A stretch of 64,000 nucleotides of DNA, taken from Acidimicrobiia bacterium. GTDB lineage: Bacteria; Actinomycetota; Acidimicrobiia; Acidimicrobiales; Bin134. Numbering within the stretch: the stretch's first letter is position 1; each line of letters opens with the position of its first letter. Under the pieces are notes generated by a model. The model had not been told where the DNA came from, did no database searches, and saw only the letters and a program-made list of their open reading frames with translations. The position numbers and the translations under genes are program-made. This document shows positions 51,391 to 61,172 of this stretch, in pieces. Location of the stretch: positions 262 to 64,261 of the forward strand of contig JAJDYE010000040.1 in NCBI GenBank assembly GCA_022822905.1, read 5' to 3'.

Positions 51391-51681
51391 TCAGCGTTCT
51401 CTGTCGGGGTAGACCTCAAATGAGATGATGTTGACGTAGTAGTGGTCCTGGTCTATTCGGTAGGTCATTGCCAAGGTGCTGCCAGGTACGGTAACGGAGG
51501 GGCCTATGCGGTGGTGCCACTCACCAACAAGATCCTTGTTCGCCAGGATGTCGAAGGGGTCGATTTCCAACCGGCGGATAGCCGCGTGTATGGCATCTAC
51601 ATCGGCTTCTTCCAGGACTCTACGATTCAGGAACTCATCGACGCGCGCGCTGGCATTGGTTTTCCATGGTCGCGAGGCCAT
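51391..51681 (-). CDS. Small hypothetical protein, candidate toxin partner of DUF4065
   Basis: 96 aa; starts 6 nt after the DUF4065 stop; RelE-like size and secondary-structure pattern. Confidence 0.55.
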   Translation of the reverse strand: MASRPWKTNASARVDEFLNRRVLEEADVDAIHAAIRRLEIDPFDILANKDLVGEWHHRIGPSVTVPGSTLAMTYRIDQDHYYVNIISFEVYPDRER

Positions 51682-51687
51682 CCGCGC

Positions 51688-52242
51688 CTACCTAGGAAAG
51701 TGCTTTGCGATAACGGCGTCGAGGGCGCCCGGCGGATCGGGCACGAATTCTTTGTTGTCGCGGATCGTGGCTACGTGCTCGCGCATCTGCCGTACCCAGT
51801 CTGGTTCGGTGCTGAAGAAATCGACGAGCGATTGGTGGGAGATCTCTTGGTTGGCGACATTGCGCCCCCCGTCGGTCGCAAGCCGCCAGGGGTCCTCGGC
51901 ATGGGTAGCCTCGATGAGTTCGGCACCGCTCTTGTCGCCCAGTCTGTTGATGACATTGACGGTGATGTTGCGCACACTCTTGGGCAGTGGTTTGGGAGAT
52001 CTGACTGATCGGCTCAGCTTGCCCAGAAAACTGTGCTTTCGGTCGCGCCAGAGCCGGGCAACAACGGGGCCGAGTTCCCAGGCCTCGATGTCTTCCTTGA
52101 ATGCCGGTCCCTGCTCCCACGCAAGATGGTACCCCTGCACGTAGTAGAGCAACTTGTGCAGCTTCGCTTCGCCGACGCCTGGCAAGCGCCGCTCGATCTC
52201 CAAAGCCACATCACGAGCTGATGCGACCTGAGCGTTTGACAT
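51688..52242 (-). CDS. DUF4065 (SocA/Panacea) antitoxin domain protein
   Basis: KLHKLLYYVQG, IEAWELGPVV, TH.EDPW; GAGGAG RBS. Confidence 0.85.
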   Translation of the reverse strand: MSNAQVASARDVALEIERRLPGVGEAKLHKLLYYVQGYHLAWEQGPAFKEDIEAWELGPVVARLWRDRKHSFLGKLSRSVRSPKPLPKSVRNITVNVINRLGDKSGAELIEATHAEDPWRLATDGGRNVANQEISHQSLVDFFSTEPDWVRQMREHVATIRDNKEFVPDPPGALDAVIAKHFPR

Positions 52243-52423
52243 TGCGCTCCTCTCATCCACTGATTGCATCCAGTGTAACGATGCCCAGTGACAGCTTTCG
52301 GCTCACCGTCGTCCCCACCTCTAGGCCAAGGCAAGACCGGTTGCGGCGGCCAAAAAAGTAGCCCCGCCATGCCCTGCGAACAGGGCAGACGGGGAAGAAT
52401 ACGATCAGGGTATCCGATCAGCC

Positions 52424-52591
52424 ATGGATGACAACCCCATTTTCGACCAATGGGGAACCACCTACTTCAACTTGTCGGACCTGGCAGCGGAGCTGCGAGC
52501 GCTGCTCGGATGCGAAATCGACATCATTCCCTCTCAGGGCCTGAAGCCCCGCAAACGCCACCGCATCCTCGAAGACGCCATCACCCTGTGA
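52424..52591 (+). pseudogene. C-terminal half of a minimal nucleotidyltransferase (MNT) antitoxin
   Basis: GTTYFNLSDLAAELRALLGCEIDII...GLKPRKRHRILEDAITL; lacks the GS..DxD motif; not in the ORF track. Confidence 0.6.
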
Positions 52592-52812
52592 GCACTGCCG
52601 ACTCCGAGCACATTGAGGGTCAGGGTTGCCTCGACGAGTCCTCTCAAGCAGCACCCGACTCAACTCTTGAAGACGTCATCGAGCGTATCGAAGGAAGGGA
52701 TCTAGGCCAGTTGACCAGTGAAGATGCTGTAGCCGCCCTTGAAGCCGAACGTGCCCGTCGTATGGTGCCGGCTGAGTCGCCCGGGCCAAAACGCTCAACT
52801 GCCCCATCCTGA
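52588..52812 (+). pseudogene. Chimeric fragment resembling a VapB/FitA antitoxin C-terminus
   Basis: GTGA overlap; TLEDVIERIEGR...DAVAALEAERARR. Confidence 0.4.
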
Positions 52813-52946
52813 CCGGCGTTGCCCGTCTTGCCTTTGCTTCCGGCCTGACCGACTTTCGATCGTCCGATGTGCCGAACGGTTCGATTCCAGATTCTTCTTG
52901 GGTATCCTGACGGACCGAGTTCAGCGCAGCAGAAGAAGGGACGGTG

Positions 52947-53636
52947 ATGGGCGACGCGGCTGTGCTCGATCTCGAGATGTATCGCAGGAGCGATGCTGCC
53001 CGGCTGCTGGGCATCGCACCTCAGACGCTCGGCAGGTGGCTTGACGGCTGCATCACTGCTGATGGCACGCGCCAGCCGCCCATCCTGAGGGCTAAGGGCG
53101 CAACAGGCTGCTCTGCCACACCGAGGTTTGTCACTTGGGGCGAGTTCATTGAAGCGGGCCATCTTGCCGCATACCGCCAGCAGCAGCGCATGCCGCTTCG
53201 GAGGCTCAGAGAGTACGTCTCAGACTGGCGGGGAAGTTCCGAAGCCCCGTACCCACTCGCCCGCTGCAAGCCCTGCACGGATCCCGGCCCGCTTGTCCAC
53301 GCCGATGCCATCGGCGTTGATTCCGCGACTCGGGCGGCGGCCCGATCCGCCGTTGCTTTCTTCGACCGGGTTGACTACGAGGGAGATGTCCCCGTTCGCT
53401 ACTGGCCCGACGGCCGAGATGCCCACATCGTGCTCGATCCTCGCCGCCAGTTCGGAACCCCGATTATCGAAGGCACCCGCATGGGCACCGAGGTGCTTCA
53501 CGGAATGTATACAGCCGGGGACCCGGCTGAGTGGCTTGCCCACGCCTATAGCCTCGACCTCGTACAGGTCGAGGCCGCTATCCGGTTCGAGCAGAGGCTC
53601 GCCAACCGCAAGGTCGTCGCCTACCAAGCCGCTTGA
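52947..53636 (+). CDS. HTH-DUF433 protein (VapB45-like antitoxin)
   Basis: Y...DAARLLGI..TL.RW; VTWGEFIEA; DPRRQFGTPII; VEAAIRFE. Confidence 0.8.
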   Translation: MGDAAVLDLEMYRRSDAARLLGIAPQTLGRWLDGCITADGTRQPPILRAKGATGCSATPRFVTWGEFIEAGHLAAYRQQQRMPLRRLREYVSDWRGSSEAPYPLARCKPCTDPGPLVHADAIGVDSATRAAARSAVAFFDRVDYEGDVPVRYWPDGRDAHIVLDPRRQFGTPIIEGTRMGTEVLHGMYTAGDPAEWLAHAYSLDLVQVEAAIRFEQRLANRKVVAYQAA

Positions 53637-53645
53637 CCGCTCCGG

Positions 53646-53831
53646 CTAGCCCCTGTCGTCCTGCCGCTTCCTGTCGGTGATTGTCGCCAAGCGGTTACCC
53701 AGCCATCCACAGAGCTTGAAGAGCCTCACCTTCATCAAGGTGCGCTTCCGCAGCTTTGCGAGCCGCAGCGCGGCACCAGGCCGGGCAGCGACCTGCTCAT
53801 GTAGCTGCTGGTAACTCTTGGTTGAGGGCAT
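53646..53831 (-). CDS. 61-aa ORF resembling a truncated HigA-like antitoxin N-terminus
   Basis: GAGGTG RBS; MPSTKSYQQLHEQVAARPGA; no HTH follows. Confidence 0.45.
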   Translation of the reverse strand: MPSTKSYQQLHEQVAARPGAALRLAKLRKRTLMKVRLFKLCGWLGNRLATITDRKRQDDRG

Positions 53832-54007
53832 ATTGTCATCACCTCTTGATAACTTCATCGACACTATCTGCCAACAGATGAAGAGGAGAGGGCTTTATGA
53901 CCCCACAAGTACAGGGAGATGGGTGGGCTTCCCTGGGTTGGCTGGACACGTCACTTAGGCGGCTTGGTCTAGTCGTTGTCGGTGGTGGCTGTGGCTGATC
54001 GACCTTT

Positions 54008-56407
54008 ATGGCACAGAACGACATGAATCTTGACCAGGTGTATGAGAAGGCGACCGGCTTTAGGCCGTACGACTATCAGCGAGGTGTCGCTGAAGAAGGT
54101 CTGCCGGAATTGCTGAGAATCCCAACAGGCTGTGGCAAGACGGAAGCTGTCGGGCTTGGGTGGCTGTATCGTCGGCGATTTCATCCAGATGCCGAAGTTC
54201 GCGCCGCCACTCCCCACTGGCTGGTCGTCGCTCTGCCGATGAGGACCCTCGTCGAGCAAACCCGCGAACGCTTCAAGCGATGGCTAGAGCAACTCAGCCT
54301 GGATATAGATATCAGTCTTCACACAGTGCAAGGTGGCGTCGGATGGAGCGATCATGATTGGCGACTGGCCCCCGACCGTGAGGCTGTGTTTGTCGGCACC
54401 ATCGACATGCTCTTGTCCCGAGCCCTCAATCGTGGCTATGCCGATAGCCGATGGAACTGGCCCATGTCATTTGGCGGATTCAACAATGGGACGCACTGGG
54501 TCTTCGACGAGATCCAGTTGATGGATGTCGCGACGCCGAACACTCGTCAACTCCAATCGTTCCGCGACGTGTTTGGCACTGCGCTTCCAACAGCAAGCAC
54601 TTGGATGTCAGCCACGGTTGATGACCGCCTCCTATGCACGGTAGATCGGCCTGGCGTCGGGTCCATCGTAGAACTCAGCGATCATGATCGTCATGGCTCG
54701 CTTAGTCGGCGCCTAGAAGCGGTTCGCACCATCGAAGAGATCGAACTGCCTGACCAGAAGCCCGAACAAGCTCTTGCAGAAGAACTTATTCTTCGTCACA
54801 AACCGGGCACTCTGACTCTCGCCGTGCTCAACACGGTCGAACGTGCTGTGACCACTTGGCGTTCGCTGAACAAGCTCTGTCCTGACGCCGACGTGGAGCT
54901 CCTGCATTCCCGCTACCGACCCGCTGATCGTGAGGCCCACACAACAGCCGCCCTGTCCTCGCCCGGACCCACAGGCAAGATCGTTGTCAGTACCCAAGTG
55001 CTCGAAGCCGGAGTCGACCTCTCTGCGGCGCTGTTGTTTACCGAAGCTGCTCCATGGCCGTCGATCGTGCAGCGCGCTGGGCGCTGCAACAGAGACGGCA
55101 CACAACACGATGCACAGTTGTTGTGGGCAAAGCCTCCGAAGAGTCCGCCCTACGGGGAGGGCGATGTGCAGGCGTCCGAAGAAGCACTTCGATCGCTTGC
55201 TGGGACAGTCGTGACCACCAATGGGTTGCAGTGCCTTGATGTCCACACATCAAGCCGGATCACCCCGATAATCCGCCGCAGAGACCTAATCGACTTATTC
55301 GACACCACTCCTGATCTCAGCGGCAACGATGTCGACGTTGCTCGCTTCATACGCGATGGGTCCGACCGCACCGTCCAGGTGGCCTGGCGTGAAATCGACA
55401 ACAACAAGCCGTTGGGAAAGTCCACGCGACGAGACGAGCTTTGCTGCGTTCCAATTTCAGAACTCAAGACTTGGTTGAGGAAACATCGGGTGTGGCGTCT
55501 TGACCACCTGTCCCGCGACCATCGGCAACCATGGATGCAATGCAGCGCCAGCGACCTATACGACGGAATTGAGATAGTGCTCGATGCAAGTAAAGGGGGC
55601 TATGACAGCGAAATCGGCTGGAATCCACGGAGTAGCGAACCTGTAGGCGTGATTGCACCGTCCTCATCGGGATCTGCCGGAGTCAGCTTCTCACCTGGCG
55701 ACGACATCAGAGTGGGAGATGATCCCGCATCGCTCAGCGATGACTGGTATCCGCTTGCGGCGCATCTAGCTGACGTTGAACGCGAATGCGCGGCGCTCCT
55801 TAGAGCGCTAGAGCCCGGCGGCCTCAGCCCCGAGATGAACCGCGCTGCAATTGTCGCAGGACGGCTCCACGACATTGGAAAAGCGTCGCAGGTGTGGCAG
55901 GACGCCGCGTTGGATACTGCTGATGAGGAAGAACGAACTGCCCTCAAGGCCCGAGGCCCGTTTGCCAAGACTGGTAGTCGCAAGGCTCTGCGTTTTAAGC
56001 GCCGGTTCTTCCGCCATGAGCTGGCATCCGCGTTAGCGCTCATGAGTGAAGGCTCGTCGGCGTTGGGCGATCATCACGAAACCGACCTCGTGATTTATCT
56101 CGTGGCATCCCACCATGGACGTATCCGCCTTTCCATCCGCCGCCCACCGGAGGAGTCCGGTATCAATGACACAGTTGTCACTACGCTCGGCGTCGGTCCG
56201 GGAGATGAACTGCCCGAGGTGAACCTTGGAGGCTCGACCGTGCCACAAAGCCATCTGACTATTCCGGCAGGTCATGATGGATATGAGCGGCGCGCTCTCG
56301 CATTGCGTGACCGTGCCGATCTCGGGCCGTTTCGGCTGGCCTTTCTTGAAATGATCGTCCGCTGTGCTGATTGGAGAGCAAGCCGTGACATCCAGGCATC
56401 CATATGA
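54008..56407 (+). CDS. cas3: Type I-G Cas3, helicase with C-terminal HD nuclease
   Basis: PTGCGKT, DEIQ, MSAT, QRAGRCNR; C-terminal H..LHDIGK, RHELAS, SHHG, ADWRAS. Confidence 0.93.
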   Translation: MAQNDMNLDQVYEKATGFRPYDYQRGVAEEGLPELLRIPTGCGKTEAVGLGWLYRRRFHPDAEVRAATPHWLVVALPMRTLVEQTRERFKRWLEQLSLDIDISLHTVQGGVGWSDHDWRLAPDREAVFVGTIDMLLSRALNRGYADSRWNWPMSFGGFNNGTHWVFDEIQLMDVATPNTRQLQSFRDVFGTALPTASTWMSATVDDRLLCTVDRPGVGSIVELSDHDRHGSLSRRLEAVRTIEEIELPDQKPEQALAEELILRHKPGTLTLAVLNTVERAVTTWRSLNKLCPDADVELLHSRYRPADREAHTTAALSSPGPTGKIVVSTQVLEAGVDLSAALLFTEAAPWPSIVQRAGRCNRDGTQHDAQLLWAKPPKSPPYGEGDVQASEEALRSLAGTVVTTNGLQCLDVHTSSRITPIIRRRDLIDLFDTTPDLSGNDVDVARFIRDGSDRTVQVAWREIDNNKPLGKSTRRDELCCVPISELKTWLRKHRVWRLDHLSRDHRQPWMQCSASDLYDGIEIVLDASKGGYDSEIGWNPRSSEPVGVIAPSSSGSAGVSFSPGDDIRVGDDPASLSDDWYPLAAHLADVERECAALLRALEPGGLSPEMNRAAIVAGRLHDIGKASQVWQDAALDTADEEERTALKARGPFAKTGSRKALRFKRRFFRHELASALALMSEGSSALGDHHETDLVIYLVASHHGRIRLSIRRPPEESGINDTVVTTLGVGPGDELPEVNLGGSTVPQSHLTIPAGHDGYERRALALRDRADLGPFRLAFLEMIVRCADWRASRDIQASI

Positions 56408-58728
56408 GCTCGATTCATCTGAACGGCTGTCAAGCTGAACCGCTTCTCAGCTACTTAGCGGGGCTTGGAGTCACCCGATTAATCGCCGAGCAATTCAACT
56501 CCGATGTGTCGGCCCGATGGGATGCTGACCAACTGGTCATTGCTGCCCATGAGTTGGACGAAACCAGTCTTGTCGAGTTCTTCGCCATGGACTACAAGCC
56601 CACTCCGCTGATAGCCCCATGGAATGGTCGTGGAGGGTTCCAGGATGGCCAGGAGCGTGATTCTGAGAAGATTGTGAGGAAGGTCGAAGGCAGCAATTTG
56701 GAGCGGCTTGGACCATATCGGAAGGCTATCAAGATTGCTCGTGTCACTTGGGAAGAGGCCCGAGGCTACGAACTGATTACTGACGGCAAGATTCCTGGCA
56801 AGCACAAAGCCCGGTTTATCGAACTTTGCCGAGCGACGTTCCCTGATGAAGCCCTCGCTTGGCTTGACGCGTCGGCCGTTCTCCTAGATGACGACATCGT
56901 TTTTCCCTTGATCTTGGGTACCGGTGGAAACTTCGGCAGCATGGACATCTCATTCACCTTTCTTAAGAACTTGGATGCTCTCGGGCTCTTGGATGGGCAG
57001 AACAGTGAATTGGCGCCAGAAGGCAAGAAACATTCAAATCGAAGATCTCTTCTCCGGCATGCACTCTTTAAAGACAACAATGCCAAGCTTCATAAGGGCA
57101 GCACTGGCCAGTTCGATCCGGGCGGTGTAGGGGGTCCAAACAGCTCATCGTTCGGCGACGGTGCAGCTCTTGCCAATCCGTGGAGTTTCGTGCTCGCTAT
57201 GGAAGGGGCCATGGTGTTTGCCAGCGCCGCAGCTCGACGGCTTAGCGCAGAAAGCCAAATGGGTGGTTCCCGCAAGGCCAGCATGCCCTTCACCGTTGCG
57301 GCGACGGCGGTGGGATATGGCTCGGCAGCAGGAGGCGAAAGCCCCAAAGGCGAACTGTGGGCACCGCTGTGGCGAGATGAAATGTCGTTTAGGGAGATAC
57401 GGCACTTCATCTCAGAGGGGCGGTCCCAATGGGGGCGCAGCCAAGCACGGTCGGGACTCGACTTTGTTCGAGCTGCTGCGACCTTGGGCGTTGACCGTTC
57501 AGTTGACGAGTTCGTCCGCTATCTAATCAGCGAGCGCCATGGACAAAACGTTCTAGCTGTTCCGATTGGGCGACTCAAGGTCACCGATCAGGGGAGGCCC
57601 GAGGTCGATCTTCTGCGCCAACTCGATGTCTGGGTTCGCCGGGCCAGATCCAATCAAGGACCTGGTGCGGTCACCGCGGCGTTGAATGCTCTAGATCGAG
57701 CACAATTCGCTGTCGCGACCCATGGTGGAGCCAGCCGGCTCCAGACGGTGCTTGCTGCACTCGCTGAGGCCGAGCAGGCAGTATCTCGATCGCCCAAATT
57801 CTGCGATGATCGGCGCCTTCATCCTATCGGTGGGTTATTGGCCCAAGAGTGGTTGCCGCTGCTTGATGATGGTTCCGTCGAATTCCGGATTGCCGTCGGC
57901 CTTGCATCGCTGAGCGACCGAATGCCCCCAGAAACACCTAGCGGTGCAGAGGCAGTCAGGGGAAGCCTTGCGACACTTCTCCGCCCAGTAAGCCGTGCCC
58001 GATACCGCTTAGATTGGTCGAACAGCGGACCAAGGGTTCCCAACTTCAGCCGCCGTCCGCTGTTCGATGTCCTCGATGAAGCCTTCGGTGCTCGCGCTAT
58101 TCTCTCGGCATCCAAGCGGTCTGACAATGAGAGCCACGACCACATTGCAGGTCTGCCCTTCGCTTTCGACTATGGCCTCAAAGTCGATATTGCCGATATT
58201 GGGCACCTTCTGTATGGGCAGCTTGACGAGCAGCGGCTAGGTGACATTTTGGCGGGCCTGTTGTTGTTGGAATGGGAGGATGCCTTCAGCGTTGCCGCCG
58301 ACTGCTTGTCCGCTGTTCCCGATGATCCGCTGGCCCGGCTACATGCTGCGAGCCACCCCATCTATGTCGTGCTCGCTCCCTTCTTTGCTGGGCGACTTCC
58401 AGTCGCCCCGACGGACACAGAGCCGAACCCCGACCGATTAATCGCAGTACGTCCACGGCCCGAGTGGGTTGGAGTGATTCGCTCCGGAGCTGCCCACACA
58501 GCAGCTAGGTCGGCCGCCCACCTGCTTCGGGGGCGTGGCTGGAGGCTGATCGCTGACAGTTTCGAGCCAACAAACATCAAACCCGGCCACTTGGCGACGG
58601 CATTGTTGCTGCACCTTGACCGAGCCGCCGGTGATCAGCGCCAGATTCGATTCCTACTCAACCATCAAAGCACAGTTGAGACTCGCTGGTCAGCGAGTCG
58701 AGAAAGGCAGGAGCCAAACCATGAGTAA
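56404..58728 (+). CDS. csx17: Type I-G large subunit Cas8g (Csx17)
   Basis: PTPLIAPWNG, LGTGGN, NPW.FVLAMEG, GELWAPLW; position after cas3. Confidence 0.85.
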   Translation: MSSIHLNGCQAEPLLSYLAGLGVTRLIAEQFNSDVSARWDADQLVIAAHELDETSLVEFFAMDYKPTPLIAPWNGRGGFQDGQERDSEKIVRKVEGSNLERLGPYRKAIKIARVTWEEARGYELITDGKIPGKHKARFIELCRATFPDEALAWLDASAVLLDDDIVFPLILGTGGNFGSMDISFTFLKNLDALGLLDGQNSELAPEGKKHSNRRSLLRHALFKDNNAKLHKGSTGQFDPGGVGGPNSSSFGDGAALANPWSFVLAMEGAMVFASAAARRLSAESQMGGSRKASMPFTVAATAVGYGSAAGGESPKGELWAPLWRDEMSFREIRHFISEGRSQWGRSQARSGLDFVRAAATLGVDRSVDEFVRYLISERHGQNVLAVPIGRLKVTDQGRPEVDLLRQLDVWVRRARSNQGPGAVTAALNALDRAQFAVATHGGASRLQTVLAALAEAEQAVSRSPKFCDDRRLHPIGGLLAQEWLPLLDDGSVEFRIAVGLASLSDRMPPETPSGAEAVRGSLATLLRPVSRARYRLDWSNSGPRVPNFSRRPLFDVLDEAFGARAILSASKRSDNESHDHIAGLPFAFDYGLKVDIADIGHLLYGQLDEQRLGDILAGLLLLEWEDAFSVAADCLSAVPDDPLARLHAASHPIYVVLAPFFAGRLPVAPTDTEPNPDRLIAVRPRPEWVGVIRSGAAHTAARSAAHLLRGRGWRLIADSFEPTNIKPGHLATALLLHLDRAAGDQRQIRFLLNHQSTVETRWSASRERQEPNHE

Positions 58729-59689
58729 GCGTGAGATGTACACAATCGGTCTGAAGGCTGTCCCTTCAGACCGGTTTCAGCCCACTGGATTTCCGGACTT
58801 AGGCGCAGCCAAGTTCCAGAAACCGGCTGGTCCGAACAATGAATGGGTCGATGCCATCCTCGTTGAGTCTGCTCAATCTATGGCAAACCGATTTGAAGCC
58901 GTTGGATGGAGCGAGGAGCACCAAGAACCTGTCACTGCGCTGCGGGGCCTACCATGGGTCAAGGTTGTTGCCGGCGACGACGGCCGCTACCTGACTTCCA
59001 GTCGTACTGAGGCCCATCGGCTGGCGTCGGCCTTCGTGAAAGAAAGTGTCACCACTGACGGTACAGACATGGTCGACGAGATCTACAATCGCTTCAAGTT
59101 GGCTGACGACACGCCCCTTTCTCTGAATGAAATAGCTGCTGCAATTTTTGCTCTCGATCCCCTGTGTCTTATACACGGGGTGTTCTTCGCCGATAAGCGG
59201 TGGCCTGGCCAGCCCAAGATAGCCAGAGCGCTTACTGGGTTTATCGAGGCGACTGATGTCAAGGAGGCATATTCTGGCGGCGTAAAGCGCGATGATGTTC
59301 GGCATTCAATCGACGAAGGGATGGGGGGTGCTGCCGAAGGATACGGACACGTCCCGTACTCCCGCACTGAATACACTGCCCGCTCAATAGCGTTGTACGT
59401 GTCTATCGACGCAGCACAGATTGAGGCGTATGGCCTATCTGCAAATGCGACAAAGTTGCTGCTCGCTATTGCGCGATGGGAAGTTCGTTCAATTCTTGAC
59501 TTGGGCCTGCGACTACGTACCGCTTGCGAGTTCGAGCCGATTAACGGCGACGATCTAGCTGGACTCCCGGACATCGATGCTTTGGCTTCGGAAATCAGCG
59601 ATCTCGTCGGTGGCGGAGTTGATGAGCTAGAGGACTCTGATGGGTCGTCGCTGGTGGTTCGCTGGTCGGGTGGGAAGAAGCGCTCGTAG
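58721..59689 (+). CDS. csb1: Type I-G Cas7 (Csb1)
   Basis: RFQPTGFPDLGAA, VESAQSMANR, EAHRLAS, LIHGVF, LRLRTAC. Confidence 0.9.
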   Translation: MSKREMYTIGLKAVPSDRFQPTGFPDLGAAKFQKPAGPNNEWVDAILVESAQSMANRFEAVGWSEEHQEPVTALRGLPWVKVVAGDDGRYLTSSRTEAHRLASAFVKESVTTDGTDMVDEIYNRFKLADDTPLSLNEIAAAIFALDPLCLIHGVFFADKRWPGQPKIARALTGFIEATDVKEAYSGGVKRDDVRHSIDEGMGGAAEGYGHVPYSRTEYTARSIALYVSIDAAQIEAYGLSANATKLLLAIARWEVRSILDLGLRLRTACEFEPINGDDLAGLPDIDALASEISDLVGGGVDELEDSDGSSLVVRWSGGKKRS

Positions 59690-61104
59690 TGACTGCCATC
59701 CTCCAGGTGGAGTTTCCATGGGGCAAGTACCACGCCACTGAATGGGGGCGGAACGTAAACGAAGGCCAACCCGAGTGGCCTCCGTCACCATGGCGCATCC
59801 TTCGAGCGCTGTTTGCTACCTGGAAGACCTGCTGTGCGCATCTTCGGGATGCGGATGTTGAGTCAGCTCTGAGTCAGCTTGCAAAACCTCCCATGTTCCA
59901 TCTTCCCACGATGAGACCTGCTCATTTGCGCCACTACATGCCTCAGGTCGGCCATCATTCGGTCGGGAAACAGGTCACAACGCTTACCTTCGACCCATTC
60001 GCCGTTATCGATCCACAAGTGCCGGTCTACATTGAGTGGGATGTCGATTTGGCCGAAGGCCCAACTGCAGCTCTTGGTGAGATCGCAGCCGCTCTCTCCT
60101 ACCTCGGGAGATCCGAGTCCATTTGCAAGGCGGAGTTGGTGCCCCGAGTCGAACACTCAGCACCGGAACTGTGGAGACCAGCAGGGTCCAACGATCGCAT
60201 AGAGACCGAAGTCCTGTGTCCTCAACAGCCGTTTAAGTTGAGCGACTTACTTCAAAGCCCTGACACTGTCAGAAAGAACGGGCGAATCGTTCCACCTGGA
60301 AGCCACCTTGTTCCGTACACAAAGGCTGATCTGACGCAGAGCGCTCCCCCGGCAACTGACGACTGGCGGCCTGCTTATGCAGCGGTCCGATTGGCTGTGC
60401 ATCCCAGACCCCGCCCCACGATCTCCAACGCCGTCGTTGTCGGTGAATTGCTTCGACGGGCTGCACTGAGGAAACACAGCGTGCCCTCGGAAACGCTTAG
60501 CGGCAAGCAACCATCGGGAGACCGAAATCGCGGCAGACACGAACATGCCCACTACCTCTCGCTGGCACCGGGTCACAGGTCGGATGCTGGAGCACCCATT
60601 GACTCACTCGTGGTGTGGGCGCCGGGCCGTCTCAGCGGGGACGAACTCGCGGCACTCGCCCAAGTCAAATGGCTCAGGGCTGGTCGATCTGCCAGTGGCG
60701 TACCTGACATTGCAGTAGCAGTCGCTGCCTTCGGTGAAATTGAAGAAGTAGCCCCTGCAATCGTCGGGCCCTCGCCCATCTGGATATCTCGTACTCCGTT
60801 TGTTCCCGGTAGACATCGCCAAAAGCTCTCCTGGGACGACCATATCCAAACTGAGATCGCACGTGAACTTTCGGTGTATCGCGACCTGCCTGAGCCTGCG
60901 TCAGTAGCTGTGCTCGATGGTGATACGCGACGGTATCGTCGCCGTCGACTCCCGCCAAAAGAAGCCATAGGCGGTAGCCGGCGTGCAGCCTTTGTTGAGA
61001 TCAGGTTCCAGCATCCGGTCAGGGGCCCGATCATTCTCGGTTCAATGAGCCATTTCGGTCTTGGCCTGTTTCTACCGGACGAATCCGAATCCAGTCGGGC
61101 ATGA
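59689..61104 (+). CDS. csb2: Type I-G Cas5/6 fusion (Csb2)
   Basis: YHATEWG, EWPPSPWRILRAL, YLGRSES, HEHAHYL, HFGLGLF. Confidence 0.9.
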   Translation: MTAILQVEFPWGKYHATEWGRNVNEGQPEWPPSPWRILRALFATWKTCCAHLRDADVESALSQLAKPPMFHLPTMRPAHLRHYMPQVGHHSVGKQVTTLTFDPFAVIDPQVPVYIEWDVDLAEGPTAALGEIAAALSYLGRSESICKAELVPRVEHSAPELWRPAGSNDRIETEVLCPQQPFKLSDLLQSPDTVRKNGRIVPPGSHLVPYTKADLTQSAPPATDDWRPAYAAVRLAVHPRPRPTISNAVVVGELLRRAALRKHSVPSETLSGKQPSGDRNRGRHEHAHYLSLAPGHRSDAGAPIDSLVVWAPGRLSGDELAALAQVKWLRAGRSASGVPDIAVAVAAFGEIEEVAPAIVGPSPIWISRTPFVPGRHRQKLSWDDHIQTEIARELSVYRDLPEPASVAVLDGDTRRYRRRRLPPKEAIGGSRRAAFVEIRFQHPVRGPIILGSMSHFGLGLFLPDESESSRA

Positions 61105-61172
61105 GGCGATCATCTCTGAGAAGCGCCCAGGGCGGCTCCGGCAATTCGGTCCTCCAGAGGTGATTTGGTCTC

